Origin: Synechococcus sp.
GTDB lineage: Bacteria > Cyanobacteriota > Cyanobacteriia > Thermostichales > PCC-7336
Reading direction: 5' to 3'
DNA: 31,612 nucleotides
Assembly: GCA_051439605.1 (NCBI GenBank)
Contig: JBFRWN010000089.1
Span: 1 to 31,612, forward strand
Positions 18,450-28,275 of this stretch are shown piece after piece; within the stretch, counting starts at the first letter, position 1, and every line of letters begins with the position of its first letter. The translations under genes were made by a program, and so were the position numbers. The notes under the pieces are model-generated. The model saw only the letters and a program-made list of their open reading frames with translations. It searched no databases and had not been told where the DNA came from.

Positions 18450-20336
18450 CTACTTGCTGTCTACAAAATCAGCATCGATTACATCTTCCTCATCACCAGT
18501 TCCGCTGGGTTGCGATCCTGTCGTATCAGCGCCAGCATGGGCATACACTGCGCTGCCCACTAGCATCAAGGCTTGTTGTAAGTCTTCGGAGAGGGACTTG
18601 ATGCGATCGTACTCTTCGCGCTCGATCGCTTCGCGCAGCGTTTTTACCAACTCTTCCACCCGAGTTCTGTCCGCCGCCGGAACCTTGTCCCCCAGTTCTT
18701 TCAGTTGTTTTTCGGCTTGGTAGGCCAGCGAGTCAGCCTGATTTTTGAGCTCAACTTGTTCGCGCCGCTGTTTATCTTCAGCAGCACGAGCTTCAGCCTC
18801 TTGAACCATGCGTTCTACTTCGCTCTTGTTGAGGGTAGAAGCACCGGTGATGCTAATGGATTGCTGCTTTCCGGTGCCTTTGTCTTGGGCCGTAACCGAG
18901 AGAATGCCATTGGCGTTGATATCGAACGCTACCTCGATTTGGGGGATACCCCGTGGAGCGGTGGGAATGCCGGCAAGGTTGAAGGTACCCAGGCTCTTGT
19001 TGTCTGTTGCCATATCCCGCTCCCCTTGCAGCACGTGAATCTGGACGGTGGTTTGTCCGTCGGCGGCCGTGCTGAAGATCTCTGATTTACGCACCGGAAT
19101 CGTGGTGTTGCGGTCGATCAGTCGGGTCATGACGCCACCCAACGTTTCCACCCCCAGAGACAGCGGGGTGACATCGAGTAGCAGGATATCGGTGACTTCC
19201 CCACCGAGGACTCCGGCTTGCAAGGCAGCACCTACCGCCACCACCTCGTCAGGATTGACTCCCTGACAGGGGTCTTTACCCGTCATTTTCCGCACTAACT
19301 CCTGGACGGCAGGCATTCTGGTGGAGCCCCCAACCAAGACGACTTCGTCAATATCGGAAGCGGTCAGCTTTGCGTCTTTCAACGCCTGGTGAACCGGACC
19401 GCGACAGCGATCGAGTAAGTCCGCGCACATCTGCTCGAACTGCGATCGCGTCAGGGTGCGATCGAGGTGTTTGGGACCGGTGGCCGTTGCAGTAATAAAC
19501 GGGAGATTGATGTTGGTTTGGGAAGTGCTGGAAAGTTCGATTTTGGCTTTTTCGGCGGCTTCTGTCAGCCGTTGCAGGGCTTGTTTATCTTTGCGTAAGT
19601 CGATGCCTTCGTCTTGAAGAAATTCCTCGGCGAGCCAATCGACAACCATCTTGTCAAAGTCATCCCCACCCAAATGGGTATCGCCGCTTGTGGAGCGTAC
19701 TTCAGCCACTCCCTCACCCACATCGAGGACAGAAACGTCAAAGGTGCCGCCCCCCAAGTCAAACACCAAAATAGTCTCGCTGCCTTTCTTATCTAACCCG
19801 TAGGCCAGAGAAGCCGCGGTGGGTTCGTTAATGATTCGCTTGACGTCGAGCCCTGCAATGATGCCCGCATCCCGGGTTGCCTGTCGCTGAGAGTCGTTGA
19901 AATAGGCTGGAACCGTTATCACCGCTTGCTTAATAGGCTCACCCAGGTACTTGCTGGCGTCATCCACCAGCTTGCGCAGCACCTGAGCGGAGATTTCTTC
20001 AGGGGCGAATTCCTTTCTAAGTTGTGGGCAATCGAGCTTGACGTTACCGGTGTTGTCCCGCTTCACGGTATAGGACACCTCGGTTGCCTCGTGGGTAATC
20101 TCGTCGAATTTGCGCCCGACAAACCGCTTGATCGAATAAAAGGTATTTTCTGGGTTCATGACGGCTTGGCGTTTGGCAATTTGTCCCACCAAACATTCAC
20201 CCTCTTTCGTATAGGCCACCACTGAAGGTGTGGTCCGTCCCCCTTCCGCATTGGCGATGACGGTGGGCTGTCCGCCTTCCATGACTGCCAAGCAGGAGTT
20301 TGTGGTGCCCAGATCGATACCGACAATCTTTGCCAT
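18450..20336 (-). CDS. dnaK: Hsp70 chaperone DnaK
   Basis: [40 protein letters not shown] linker and DVIDADF terminus; likely start MAKIVG at 20336 with GAAGGA RBS. Confidence 0.98.
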   Translation of the reverse strand: MAKIVGIDLGTTNSCLAVMEGGQPTVIANAEGGRTTPSVVAYTKEGECLVGQIAKRQAVMNPENTFYSIKRFVGRKFDEITHEATEVSYTVKRDNTGNVKLDCPQLRKEFAPEEISAQVLRKLVDDASKYLGEPIKQAVITVPAYFNDSQRQATRDAGIIAGLDVKRIINEPTAASLAYGLDKKGSETILVFDLGGGTFDVSVLDVGEGVAEVRSTSGDTHLGGDDFDKMVVDWLAEEFLQDEGIDLRKDKQALQRLTEAAEKAKIELSSTSQTNINLPFITATATGPKHLDRTLTRSQFEQMCADLLDRCRGPVHQALKDAKLTASDIDEVVLVGGSTRMPAVQELVRKMTGKDPCQGVNPDEVVAVGAALQAGVLGGEVTDILLLDVTPLSLGVETLGGVMTRLIDRNTTIPVRKSEIFSTAADGQTTVQIHVLQGERDMATDNKSLGTFNLAGIPTAPRGIPQIEVAFDINANGILSVTAQDKGTGKQQSISITGASTLNKSEVERMVQEAEARAAEDKQRREQVELKNQADSLAYQAEKQLKELGDKVPAADRTRVEELVKTLREAIEREEYDRIKSLSEDLQQALMLVGSAVYAHAGADTTGSQPSGTGDEEDVIDADFVDSK

Positions 20337-20600
20337 GACATATCCTTCCGCGTGTTGGGATCTGGTCTGCGTCCGATCTCGTTCGCGTTCCAATTCAGGA
20401 TTGACGAAACTGTTTCTAGCGAAGTTGATGTTTGCTTCAAGCGCCAAGATCGGCAGTTCTCAGGCTGGCTCGATGGGGAACGCGCCCAAGAGACAGTTGA
20501 GCCCACTTTTACGCTAGCTCGCTATACGTGAGCAACTGGTGAGGATGTTACAGAACTCAAACAATACTCTACGGAGACGATCCTCCTTGCCAGCTTCAAC

Positions 20601-21767
20601 CTAAGAGCAGCCTGTTTCCAGCAGCACACTATCCTTGGGCTGAACTACCCGGTGCCGCAGGGTGTCTTCCCTCAGGTCTCGTTCCAATGCCGCAATCACC
20701 GATCGCAGAGAACCAGTCTCTCGGAATACCCTGCGCTGGCGCATGTAGCCAGGCCCGTCTTCAAGATATCGAGCCAACTGGTTGAGGTACTCTCTTTCCA
20801 TCAAGTCTTCAGCGGTAGCGGCGATCGCCTCTAGAGTGTCTTCAAAAACTGCTCTGAGCGATCGGCAAGGACCTCGGTCGTTTTCGATGCAGTTTGCATC
20901 GATTCCCTGGCGAGACGCTTGGAAGTAATTCTCTTTTTCGATCCACCACGGGCCAGGATGCAGTTGAAATCCTGCTTCCTCCCCCTCTCGACAGCGCTGC
21001 AAGTAGGTGGTCAGGGTACGGACGAAAGACGCTAGCATCAGCGCTTCGCTCAAGGTTGAGGGGGCATCCATCGTCCGGATCTCCAACGTACCCAAGCGAG
21101 GCTGCAGGCGCAGATCCCAATGGATATCCCGAATACCATTGAATAAGCGTGCCTGTTTGGCTTGCTCGAAAAAGTCAGAGAACTCCTGCCACGAACAAAA
21201 TACAGGCGGCATTCCGTAGGATCTTCTGCTTGCCAACAAGCGCTGGCGGAAGGAGGCGTAACCGGTGTCGCAGCCCCACCAAAAGGGGGAACTGGCCGAT
21301 AGTCCTAGCAGTAGAGGCAGATAGGGCCTGAGCTGGTTCATGGTGGCGATCGCCTCGTCCCCAGACCGCATACCGATATGAACGTGCATGGCAAACGTGA
21401 CGAAATTTGCCAGATAGCCCGCGGTGGCCGATTGGCCTAGATATCTTGGGTCTGGAGTAATGGCGGCCAGCTGGCTGCCGAAGGGATGGGTTCCGGCACC
21501 GCACAGAGTCATACCCAGCGTGCGGCATCTGGCCGACAGCTGTGTAAGTAGGGCAGCGAGGTCTGCCTCTAACTCTGCGATCGTCGCGCAAATCCCCGAC
21601 TTGATTTCCACTGTGGCTTGGTTGTATTCCGTCGCGATTGCGGGATTTCTCGGTCTGAAGGCGACGAGCGGGAGGATGCCGTTTGCCAAATCCAGTGTTT
21701 CGGGATCGAGCAGTTGCAATTCTAGTTCCATCCCTAGAGACGGGATGGGGGAAGCGTGGAATTCCAT
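20601..21767 (-). CDS. YbdK-family carboxylate-amine (glutamate-cysteine-like) ligase
   Basis: SLGMELELQLLD, GAGTHPF, MHVHIG, LSASSPFW, WDLR and GTLEIRTMD. Confidence 0.92.
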   Translation of the reverse strand: MEFHASPIPSLGMELELQLLDPETLDLANGILPLVAFRPRNPAIATEYNQATVEIKSGICATIAELEADLAALLTQLSARCRTLGMTLCGAGTHPFGSQLAAITPDPRYLGQSATAGYLANFVTFAMHVHIGMRSGDEAIATMNQLRPYLPLLLGLSASSPFWWGCDTGYASFRQRLLASRRSYGMPPVFCSWQEFSDFFEQAKQARLFNGIRDIHWDLRLQPRLGTLEIRTMDAPSTLSEALMLASFVRTLTTYLQRCREGEEAGFQLHPGPWWIEKENYFQASRQGIDANCIENDRGPCRSLRAVFEDTLEAIAATAEDLMEREYLNQLARYLEDGPGYMRQRRVFRETGSLRSVIAALERDLREDTLRHRVVQPKDSVLLETGCS

Positions 21768-21782
21768 GGCGTTCTGGGATGG

Positions 21783-22955
21783 CTAGGCATATGCTTGCAA
21801 GGCTTCTCTGGCGACGCGATCGAAGAAGGCAGCAGCGTATTTCATCGCCTCCTCGTCGAAGTCGAAGGATGGACTGTGCAGCGGGATATTCTCCCACCCC
21901 TCCCGGCGAGCCCCGAATCGGACGTAGCAGCCCGGCACCTGCTGCAGGTAATAGGAAAAGTCCTCCGAGCCCATGCTGGGTTGATCCATTTCTGCTAAGC
22001 CTTCGGGGCCAAACGCTGCTAGCACTGCTCGTCGGGCAATTTCAGCTTCCCGAGCCGTATTGACCACTGGAGGATAGCCCTCCCGAATCTCCACTTGGAT
22101 CTGGGCATTGTGGAGATCTCCCACCGCTTTGGCCATCCGTTGCAGGCCCTCGATAAGATGAGCTCTCACATCGGGGGTGGTGGTTCGAATCGATCCTTGG
22201 AGCGTGGCCTCCTCGGCAATGACGTTCCCGGCAGAGCCAGCTTCAACTTTGCCCACCGTCACGACGGAGGGATGGGCTGGGTTGATTTCTCGCGACACCA
22301 ACGTTTGGATGGCCACAATCAGCAACCCCGTCACGACAACGGCGTCGACAGCCTCGTGGGGGCGCGCGCCATGTCCTCCCCGGCCTTTCACCCGAATCGT
22401 AAACGCATCAGATTGAGCGGTAATCGTACCGCTAGCCACCATAATTTGTCCCACTGGGTAGTGGCGCGTCACGTGCCCGCCAAAAATGGCTTTTACCCCT
22501 GCCAAAGCCCCAGACTCAATCATGACTTTGGCTCCGCCCCCTCGCTCCTCGGCGGGTTGAAAGATGAGGAGCACCTTGCCTTCAGTGGGTGGATTTGCCT
22601 GCAATAGCGCTGCTGCCCCTAACAGAGAGGCCACATGTCCGTCGTGACCGCAGGCATGCATCTTGCCCGCATGCTCTGACGAGAACGGCAAGCCGGTATT
22701 TTCAAATCCAGGCAAAGCATCCATATCCGCCCTCAATCCCACCACGGGAACTCCTGGCTGGGCCGATCCAATGGCGGCGACGATCCCCCCGCCGACGCCA
22801 CCGTATTCAAAGGGGATCTCGAGACGTTGGAGTTCGTCCGCAATGAGGCGGGCGGTCTTTTCCTCCTCGAAGGCAAGCTCGGGATGACGATGCAGCATTC
22901 TCCTCAGTTCGACCATTCTGGGAAAAACTCGTTCGGATTGAAGGACCGTTTTCAT
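21783..22955 (-). CDS. M20D family amidohydrolase
   Basis: LHRHPELAFEE, LRADMDAL, MHACGHD, FQPAEE, GGHGARPH, MGSEDF and LHSPSF. Confidence 0.94.
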   Translation of the reverse strand: MKTVLQSERVFPRMVELRRMLHRHPELAFEEEKTARLIADELQRLEIPFEYGGVGGGIVAAIGSAQPGVPVVGLRADMDALPGFENTGLPFSSEHAGKMHACGHDGHVASLLGAAALLQANPPTEGKVLLIFQPAEERGGGAKVMIESGALAGVKAIFGGHVTRHYPVGQIMVASGTITAQSDAFTIRVKGRGGHGARPHEAVDAVVVTGLLIVAIQTLVSREINPAHPSVVTVGKVEAGSAGNVIAEEATLQGSIRTTTPDVRAHLIEGLQRMAKAVGDLHNAQIQVEIREGYPPVVNTAREAEIARRAVLAAFGPEGLAEMDQPSMGSEDFSYYLQQVPGCYVRFGARREGWENIPLHSPSFDFDEEAMKYAAAFFDRVAREALQAYA

Positions 22956-22997
22956 GGCGCAACTCCTGCGAGAAAGACTGGTATAGGTGAATGGCAG

Positions 22998-23312
22998 CTA
23001 CAATTGCCGCGATAAATCAGAACGATAGGCCTGCAGCTGTGCTTTCAATTGGGTAATTTCACGAGCCATCTCTAGAGCGATCGCCGCACCGGCTAGATTC
23101 AGCTCCAAATCCGCTTGCAGGCGAGCAATCTGACCGATGCGTCCGACATCCCGCGATCGCACCATCACCCCAACCGGCACGATTACCCCCAGGTCAACTA
23201 GCTGTTCGATCGTTACGATGGACGTTTGCGTTAGCAGAGCCGTTCGCTCGAAGGTATGGAGGCGTTCGCCATCTGGCGAGAACACGAAGGTGGACAGACT
23301 GTACTGACTCAT
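22998..23312 (-). CDS. cbpM: Chaperone modulator CbpM-like (MerR-like HTH)
   Basis: LVDLGVI and RLQADLELNLAGAAIALEM; ATGA overlap with the upstream J-domain gene. Confidence 0.75.
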   Translation of the reverse strand: MSQYSLSTFVFSPDGERLHTFERTALLTQTSIVTIEQLVDLGVIVPVGVMVRSRDVGRIGQIARLQADLELNLAGAAIALEMAREITQLKAQLQAYRSDLSRQL

Positions 23313-24286
23313 AGCCTTACCCCGCTCAAGCGATCGCGGGGGGTAAAACTGCGCTGGCTGCGAATTTTCTCGTAGTATTCGCGTTCGAGGGTACTCAACT
23401 CCGGCGGGGCCACCACCTGCAGCTCGACATACTGGTCTCCTCGCTGACCCTTATGAAGCCAGCCCTTGCCCTTTAATCTCAGCATTTGGCCGGAATGCAC
23501 CCCCGGTGGGACGGTCACCCTAACGCTGCCGTCAGGAGTGGGGACGTCGATCTGAGTCCCCAAGACCGCCTCGTCTGGGGTGAGAGGCACCTGACACTTG
23601 AGGCGATCGCCCTCCAGCCGGAAGAAGGTGTGGGGGCTCAACTCGACGATGAGATAGAGATCCCCCCTCTTCTGGTTCAACGGGTTAGGGCGACCTTTCC
23701 CTTTCACGCGAATGCGACTGCCTGCCTTGGCTCCCGGCGGAATGCGAATCGTGAGGGTTTCTCCGTCTACCTTCAGTCGCTTTTGCACCCCTCGAAAGGC
23801 TTCTGACAGGGTGAGCACAATCGAGGCTTCGGTATCGGCAACAGGAGACTGGGCGCGAAACTCGCTAAACATGTCTTCAAATCCGCCCGCTCCCCCTGGC
23901 ATGCCTCCCGTTGTGGTGTAGGTATACACCCGCCCTCCGGGGCGATCGCCCATCCGGCCTAGTAGTTCGTTAATAAACTCGTCAAAGCTGCCATAGCGGC
24001 TGAAGTCGAAGCCCCCCACTCCCGCTCCTGGCGGGACTCCACCTCCGCGGCCTTGCTGCCAGTACTGTCCGAACTGGTCGTATTGCTGGCGTTTTTGGGG
24101 ATCGGAGAGAACTTCGTGGGCTTCGTTCAGGTCTTTGAATCGTGCTTCCGCAGCTGTATCACCAGGATTGAGATCGGGATGGTACTTGCGCGCGAGCTTG
24201 CGATAGGCCCGCTTGATGTCGTCAGCGGTAGCCGTTTTGCTCACGCCCAGAATTGCGTAATAGTCTTTGAAGTCCGTTGCTACCAC
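23309..24286 (-). CDS. dnaJ: Class B J-domain co-chaperone (DnaJ/CbpA-like, no zinc finger)
   Basis: DYYAILGV...KYHPDLN J-domain, G/F-rich linker and C-terminal substrate-binding domain. Confidence 0.93.
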   Translation of the reverse strand: MVATDFKDYYAILGVSKTATADDIKRAYRKLARKYHPDLNPGDTAAEARFKDLNEAHEVLSDPQKRQQYDQFGQYWQQGRGGGVPPGAGVGGFDFSRYGSFDEFINELLGRMGDRPGGRVYTYTTTGGMPGGAGGFEDMFSEFRAQSPVADTEASIVLTLSEAFRGVQKRLKVDGETLTIRIPPGAKAGSRIRVKGKGRPNPLNQKRGDLYLIVELSPHTFFRLEGDRLKCQVPLTPDEAVLGTQIDVPTPDGSVRVTVPPGVHSGQMLRLKGKGWLHKGQRGDQYVELQVVAPPELSTLEREYYEKIRSQRSFTPRDRLSGVRL

Positions 24287-24611
24287 CGCGATCGCCTATC
24301 TATTTCGAATTCGAGACTCTGGCTGAGGTCAAAATGATTCGACTGCTGCCTCCTGCGAACGATATCAAGCACTGCTGGTTTCAAGGGGGTCGAGAGAGCA
24401 TGCAATGCTTGAGTCCTTTATTTCTAGCCTAAACAGCAAGTTTGAGATCGATGTGTGGAACAGGGCAACGAAGGTGTTAATTTACGTTTCTACATCGGCA
24501 ATGCACGCTGAATCACAGCCAAGTCCTCTGCTATTCCGTCGGTATTTCGAGGCGCTAGATTCGCGAAAATTTTCTCACTGTTCCTTACGGTTCACAGGGG
24601 ATGACTGAGGT

Positions 24612-26543
24612 CTATTGGGTGCGGTATCCACGAGGGGTGATGGGATGGTTGGCATGGATGAAGGTGCTGGAATTGCCGATCAGCACCGTGGAGAGCATAT
24701 CCACTTCTGTAACGTCGAACTGCTTTAGGGTCGTAACCTTTGTTGATTCAGCAGGCCGGTAGGCGGATTTGACAATGCTGACAGGGGTATTGGGGGAGCG
24801 GTGCTGCAAAAAAATATCTCTGGCAGCGATCAGCCCTTGGGTGCGGGTGCGCGATCGCGGATTGTAGAGGGCCACTACAAAATCGGCGATTGCGGCGGCC
24901 TTGAGACGACGTTCGATGGTGTCCCAAGGGGTGAGCAAGTCCGAGAGGGAGATGGCACAAAAATCGTGCATCAAAGGGGTGCCTACGCGAGCTGCTGCCG
25001 CCTGTAGGGCAGTGATTCCAGGCAGCACTTCCACGCGGGGCGAGTCGCCATCCCATCCCGCTTGCGCCAATTGCTCCATGACCAACCCCGCCATGCCGTA
25101 AATGCCGCAGTCTCCAGAAGAAATAACGGCGACGGATAACCCGCGTTGGGCCACAGCAATGGCGGTTTCCGCCCGCTGTACTTCTTGGGTGATGGGGCTG
25201 GCCCGCACAATCTGTTGGGGGGAGAGGAAGGGGGCGATCAAATCGAGGTAAAGCTGGTAACCCACAACGACATCCGCCTGCCCGATCGCCGCCCGAGCCG
25301 CTGGGGTGATTTGGTCCAAAGCGCCCGGCCCAATGCCAACTAGATACAAACGACCGTTGCGATCGCTATATTCCTGTTGCGCCCTAGCGATGGCCACCGT
25401 ACAGGCTCCCGCTTGCGGGGTTTGCGTCACCTGCTTTTCAACAATTAAGGCCTCGCTGTTGGCGGCTAAAAGGGCAGCGGCCTCGGCGACAGAAGGAGTG
25501 CCAACCGCCTGTTTCACAACTGCCGAAGGATTGGGAACGGTGACTGATGCGAGGCGATCGGCCGGATACCAGGCGGTGGGCCAGCTGTGGGTGCGAGCCA
25601 ATTCCAGCAGTCCCCGTTCATCCTGCTTGAGGTCGATGGACGCTAAACCTGCAATGGACTCCCAGGCTAAACCATAGGTTTGTAACGTGGTGCGAATGGC
25701 GGTTTCGATAGTGTCTGCTGTTGTGCCCCGCTCGCATCCAACCCCCAACCATAAGGTGCGCGGATGCCAGCAAACGTAGGGGCTGACCAGATCTCGGGGG
25801 GGCTTGCGATCGGAAATCCAGAGACTCGCTTTTACAACATTCTTATCCGGCTTCTCACCTGCGGGATAGGCGATGGGACCGTCAGATAACCGGAACGGAT
25901 GCCGGCTGGGGAGGCGATCGCGCCAAATCTCCCATCCACAGGTTTGATGGACGGTGATGGTTGCCCCATGGCTGCGGTCTGTACCGCTAGCAGCTGCCCG
26001 CAGGATGGCACTGGCCACCTCCGTCCAGTCCCCTTTCCCCCGACGCCAGCCCAGGGACTCGCCCAACGTATCTAAGGCTGGAAGCTGATAAGCCGACGAT
26101 CCAGAAGAGAACGCAGCTGTAGCCCCCACCAGCGCTGAAATCTGCCGAGCAAGCTGCTCCCCACCCGCGACATGACTGCCACATAACGGAATCACGTAGT
26201 GTCCGGTTTCATCCACTGCGAGGACAGCTGGGTCGATGTGTTTGTGGGTTAGGAGGGGGGCAATCAGGCGGACGCTGGCACCAGTAGCCAGAATAAAAAT
26301 GATGGCATCTACAGTGGACCAGAGCTGTTCGACTAAGAGTTTGAACGAGCCATCGTAGAATCGCACGCCGTCAGGAAAGGACGAATCGGCTCGAGTCTTG
26401 TCAAGGTCTGTACGACGAGTCCAAATCGTTGCTTGCGGCAGCCCCGATCGCATGCGGTGGCCCAAGGCTACTGCAGCGGGTGTGGGAGCAATAATGGCGA
26501 TCGCTGCTGGGGCAAAGGATTGGGGCATCTTGGTTTTGGGCAA
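24612..26543 (-). CDS. cobJ: Fused CbiG / precorrin-3B C17-methyltransferase
   Basis: DPAVLAVDE and LGVGCERG, SVAEAAAL (CbiG); VGIGPG, SSGDCGIYGMAG, HDFCAISLSDLLTPW and ITPRGY (CobJ). Confidence 0.95.
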   Translation of the reverse strand: MPKTKMPQSFAPAAIAIIAPTPAAVALGHRMRSGLPQATIWTRRTDLDKTRADSSFPDGVRFYDGSFKLLVEQLWSTVDAIIFILATGASVRLIAPLLTHKHIDPAVLAVDETGHYVIPLCGSHVAGGEQLARQISALVGATAAFSSGSSAYQLPALDTLGESLGWRRGKGDWTEVASAILRAAASGTDRSHGATITVHQTCGWEIWRDRLPSRHPFRLSDGPIAYPAGEKPDKNVVKASLWISDRKPPRDLVSPYVCWHPRTLWLGVGCERGTTADTIETAIRTTLQTYGLAWESIAGLASIDLKQDERGLLELARTHSWPTAWYPADRLASVTVPNPSAVVKQAVGTPSVAEAAALLAANSEALIVEKQVTQTPQAGACTVAIARAQQEYSDRNGRLYLVGIGPGALDQITPAARAAIGQADVVVGYQLYLDLIAPFLSPQQIVRASPITQEVQRAETAIAVAQRGLSVAVISSGDCGIYGMAGLVMEQLAQAGWDGDSPRVEVLPGITALQAAAARVGTPLMHDFCAISLSDLLTPWDTIERRLKAAAIADFVVALYNPRSRTRTQGLIAARDIFLQHRSPNTPVSIVKSAYRPAESTKVTTLKQFDVTEVDMLSTVLIGNSSTFIHANHPITPRGYRTQ

Positions 26544-26664
26544 GCGAGAACAATAGAGTTTCGCAGCGTGCGGTCAGGATGTCACGACAAGCCGCTAATT
26601 CCCAACAGATGGCGTCAAACTCCGGCCCAAAAACTCTAGCCTAAAAAAACTTTCCCCCAAAGCA

Positions 26665-27183
26665 TTAGCCCAATGAAAGTATGGCGGAGAGGGTGCTGCT
26701 GGTCCATCCCATCGCCACAATGCCACCGACAAAAGCAAGGGGGACAATCCATATCAGCCGCTCCCAGGGGATTTCCAACGCGATCGCTGCTGCTCGTAAT
26801 TCCCAAACGGCAAACCAGACCAATGCGGCTAGGCCGCCCAAAGCCCCCAGCGGCCCTCCCAGCGCCTGTGCTGGGGCCAAAAATATCCAGGGCAACCCCC
26901 CGAACGCAATCAGCACGAGGACGGAGTCAAAGCGAGGATCGAGGTTAAAGGTATAGGCTAGCCCCCGCAACAAGGCTCCCAAGATGACCCAACCCACCAG
27001 CCCAGAGATCGCCGCTGCCAGCAAAATTAATAAGCTAAAGCCTCCCCGACGACCGGCGTCCAGGACATTCAGCAGAATGGTGATCGAGCCCGCTTGCCAG
27101 ATAGGCGGATTGTCCCGCAGAAAGCGAAAGGTTCTGTCCGGGAAAAACCACGCACCGTAGATGTTATCTAGCAGGGCTTCCAT
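26665..27183 (-). CDS. Yip1-like multi-pass membrane protein
   Basis: About five hydrophobic segments; FFPDRTF and LPWIF motifs. Confidence 0.65.
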   Translation of the reverse strand: MEALLDNIYGAWFFPDRTFRFLRDNPPIWQAGSITILLNVLDAGRRGGFSLLILLAAAISGLVGWVILGALLRGLAYTFNLDPRFDSVLVLIAFGGLPWIFLAPAQALGGPLGALGGLAALVWFAVWELRAAAIALEIPWERLIWIVPLAFVGGIVAMGWTSSTLSAILSLG

Positions 27184-28275
27184 TCGCGGTATCCTCGCTC
27201 GGGCTGTTGGGGCAGATGTGGGGTCGGATGGCAGCCGTCAAGCGGCTTTGAATATTTCACGGGCAGCAGTCTTCTATCACGCTAGTCTGTCTGCCGCTAT
27301 TGAAATCTCTAAGACACTAAGATAGCGCGATGCCATAGCTGGCGATCGCTACCTGTCGGACAATTTTTTACCTCTCCCTATCCATCCCTCATGCATCTCC
27401 AAGATCCACACACAGGCAAATCTGACCTGGTTCGTTGCAAGGTTACAGTCCGAGAAGTGTTTTTCAAGACGAGCAGCTGCAGATAGGGGCAAAGGACTTC
27501 GGGCTGGTCATGAACTATCTTGGCGAGACGTTCTCTGTCAACCATCGGAAATTTTTACGCAGCCACTATCCCTAGCGGGTTAGCAAAAGTCCAACGGAAC
27601 TGATGGACGGGGAAAGCGTATCTTCATTGGCTGGAGCTTTTAGGATTTGAGCGCTTCCGACGCAATTAAGTCTAATAACCTTTGGTGCTAGTTGCGCAAA
27701 CGATTTTTGGGGATTTCGGCAATCACAATTTTAGAAAATAGCCTCCAGGTGCTTGGGTTCAGACACTTGGCCTTACAATCTAAGCCGGATTCCCTAATAA
27801 GTCTTCAAATGGAATGCAGAAATCGCTTTTAGCCTTAGCACCATTGGTTGCTATCGCAGCCTAACGACCGGTTGAGATCGTTCAGACGGCCATCATTAAG
27901 TTGGCTCGCTTTCGCCTGTTTATTGGTTACCCTAAATTGCAAATTTTGAACTACGTTTTTTGAGGGATTATCCTCCAAAGCTTTTCAGACATAAGTTTTA
28001 GCAGTTTCTCTTGCAAAGCAGCATACTGTATCCTGAAGATACACTAATGTTCTTAGTTATACATTGGGAGTTTTGTCGAGAAAAGGCAAATAATTCCAAC
28101 AAGAATTGTAAAAATGATTGTTATATGATTCAAATTCAAGGATATATTCAATGTACTACTCAGTTGGTGCTTGAAAACTACAATATGATTTTTAAGTATC
28201 CAAAGGCTACTTTCTCCTTTCTGCTCTTAATTCCGATCGTGCTTTTAAAGCTTGCGTAAAGTTTGAAAGTAGGCA

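Noticed and set aside
20337..20447. 37-aa N-terminal extension of DnaK in the ORF track
   Set aside because: The canonical [10 protein letters not shown] start at 20336 has its own RBS
3188..24611. Mobile element status for the stress cluster
   Set aside because: No integrase, transposase, tRNA target or flanking direct repeats seen, and HIP1 sites are abundant
27408..27510. c-di-GMP-I riboswitch resemblance (CACAGGCAAA ... GCAAAGG)
   Set aside because: No GNRA-capped stem or receptor at the right spacing
27600..27616. Hammerhead-like CTGATG...GAAA
   Set aside because: The core is CTGATGG and there is no stem II
28011..28259. 82-aa ORF upstream of the TPR gene
   Set aside because: Very AT-rich, TTG start and no motifs; more likely promoter DNA
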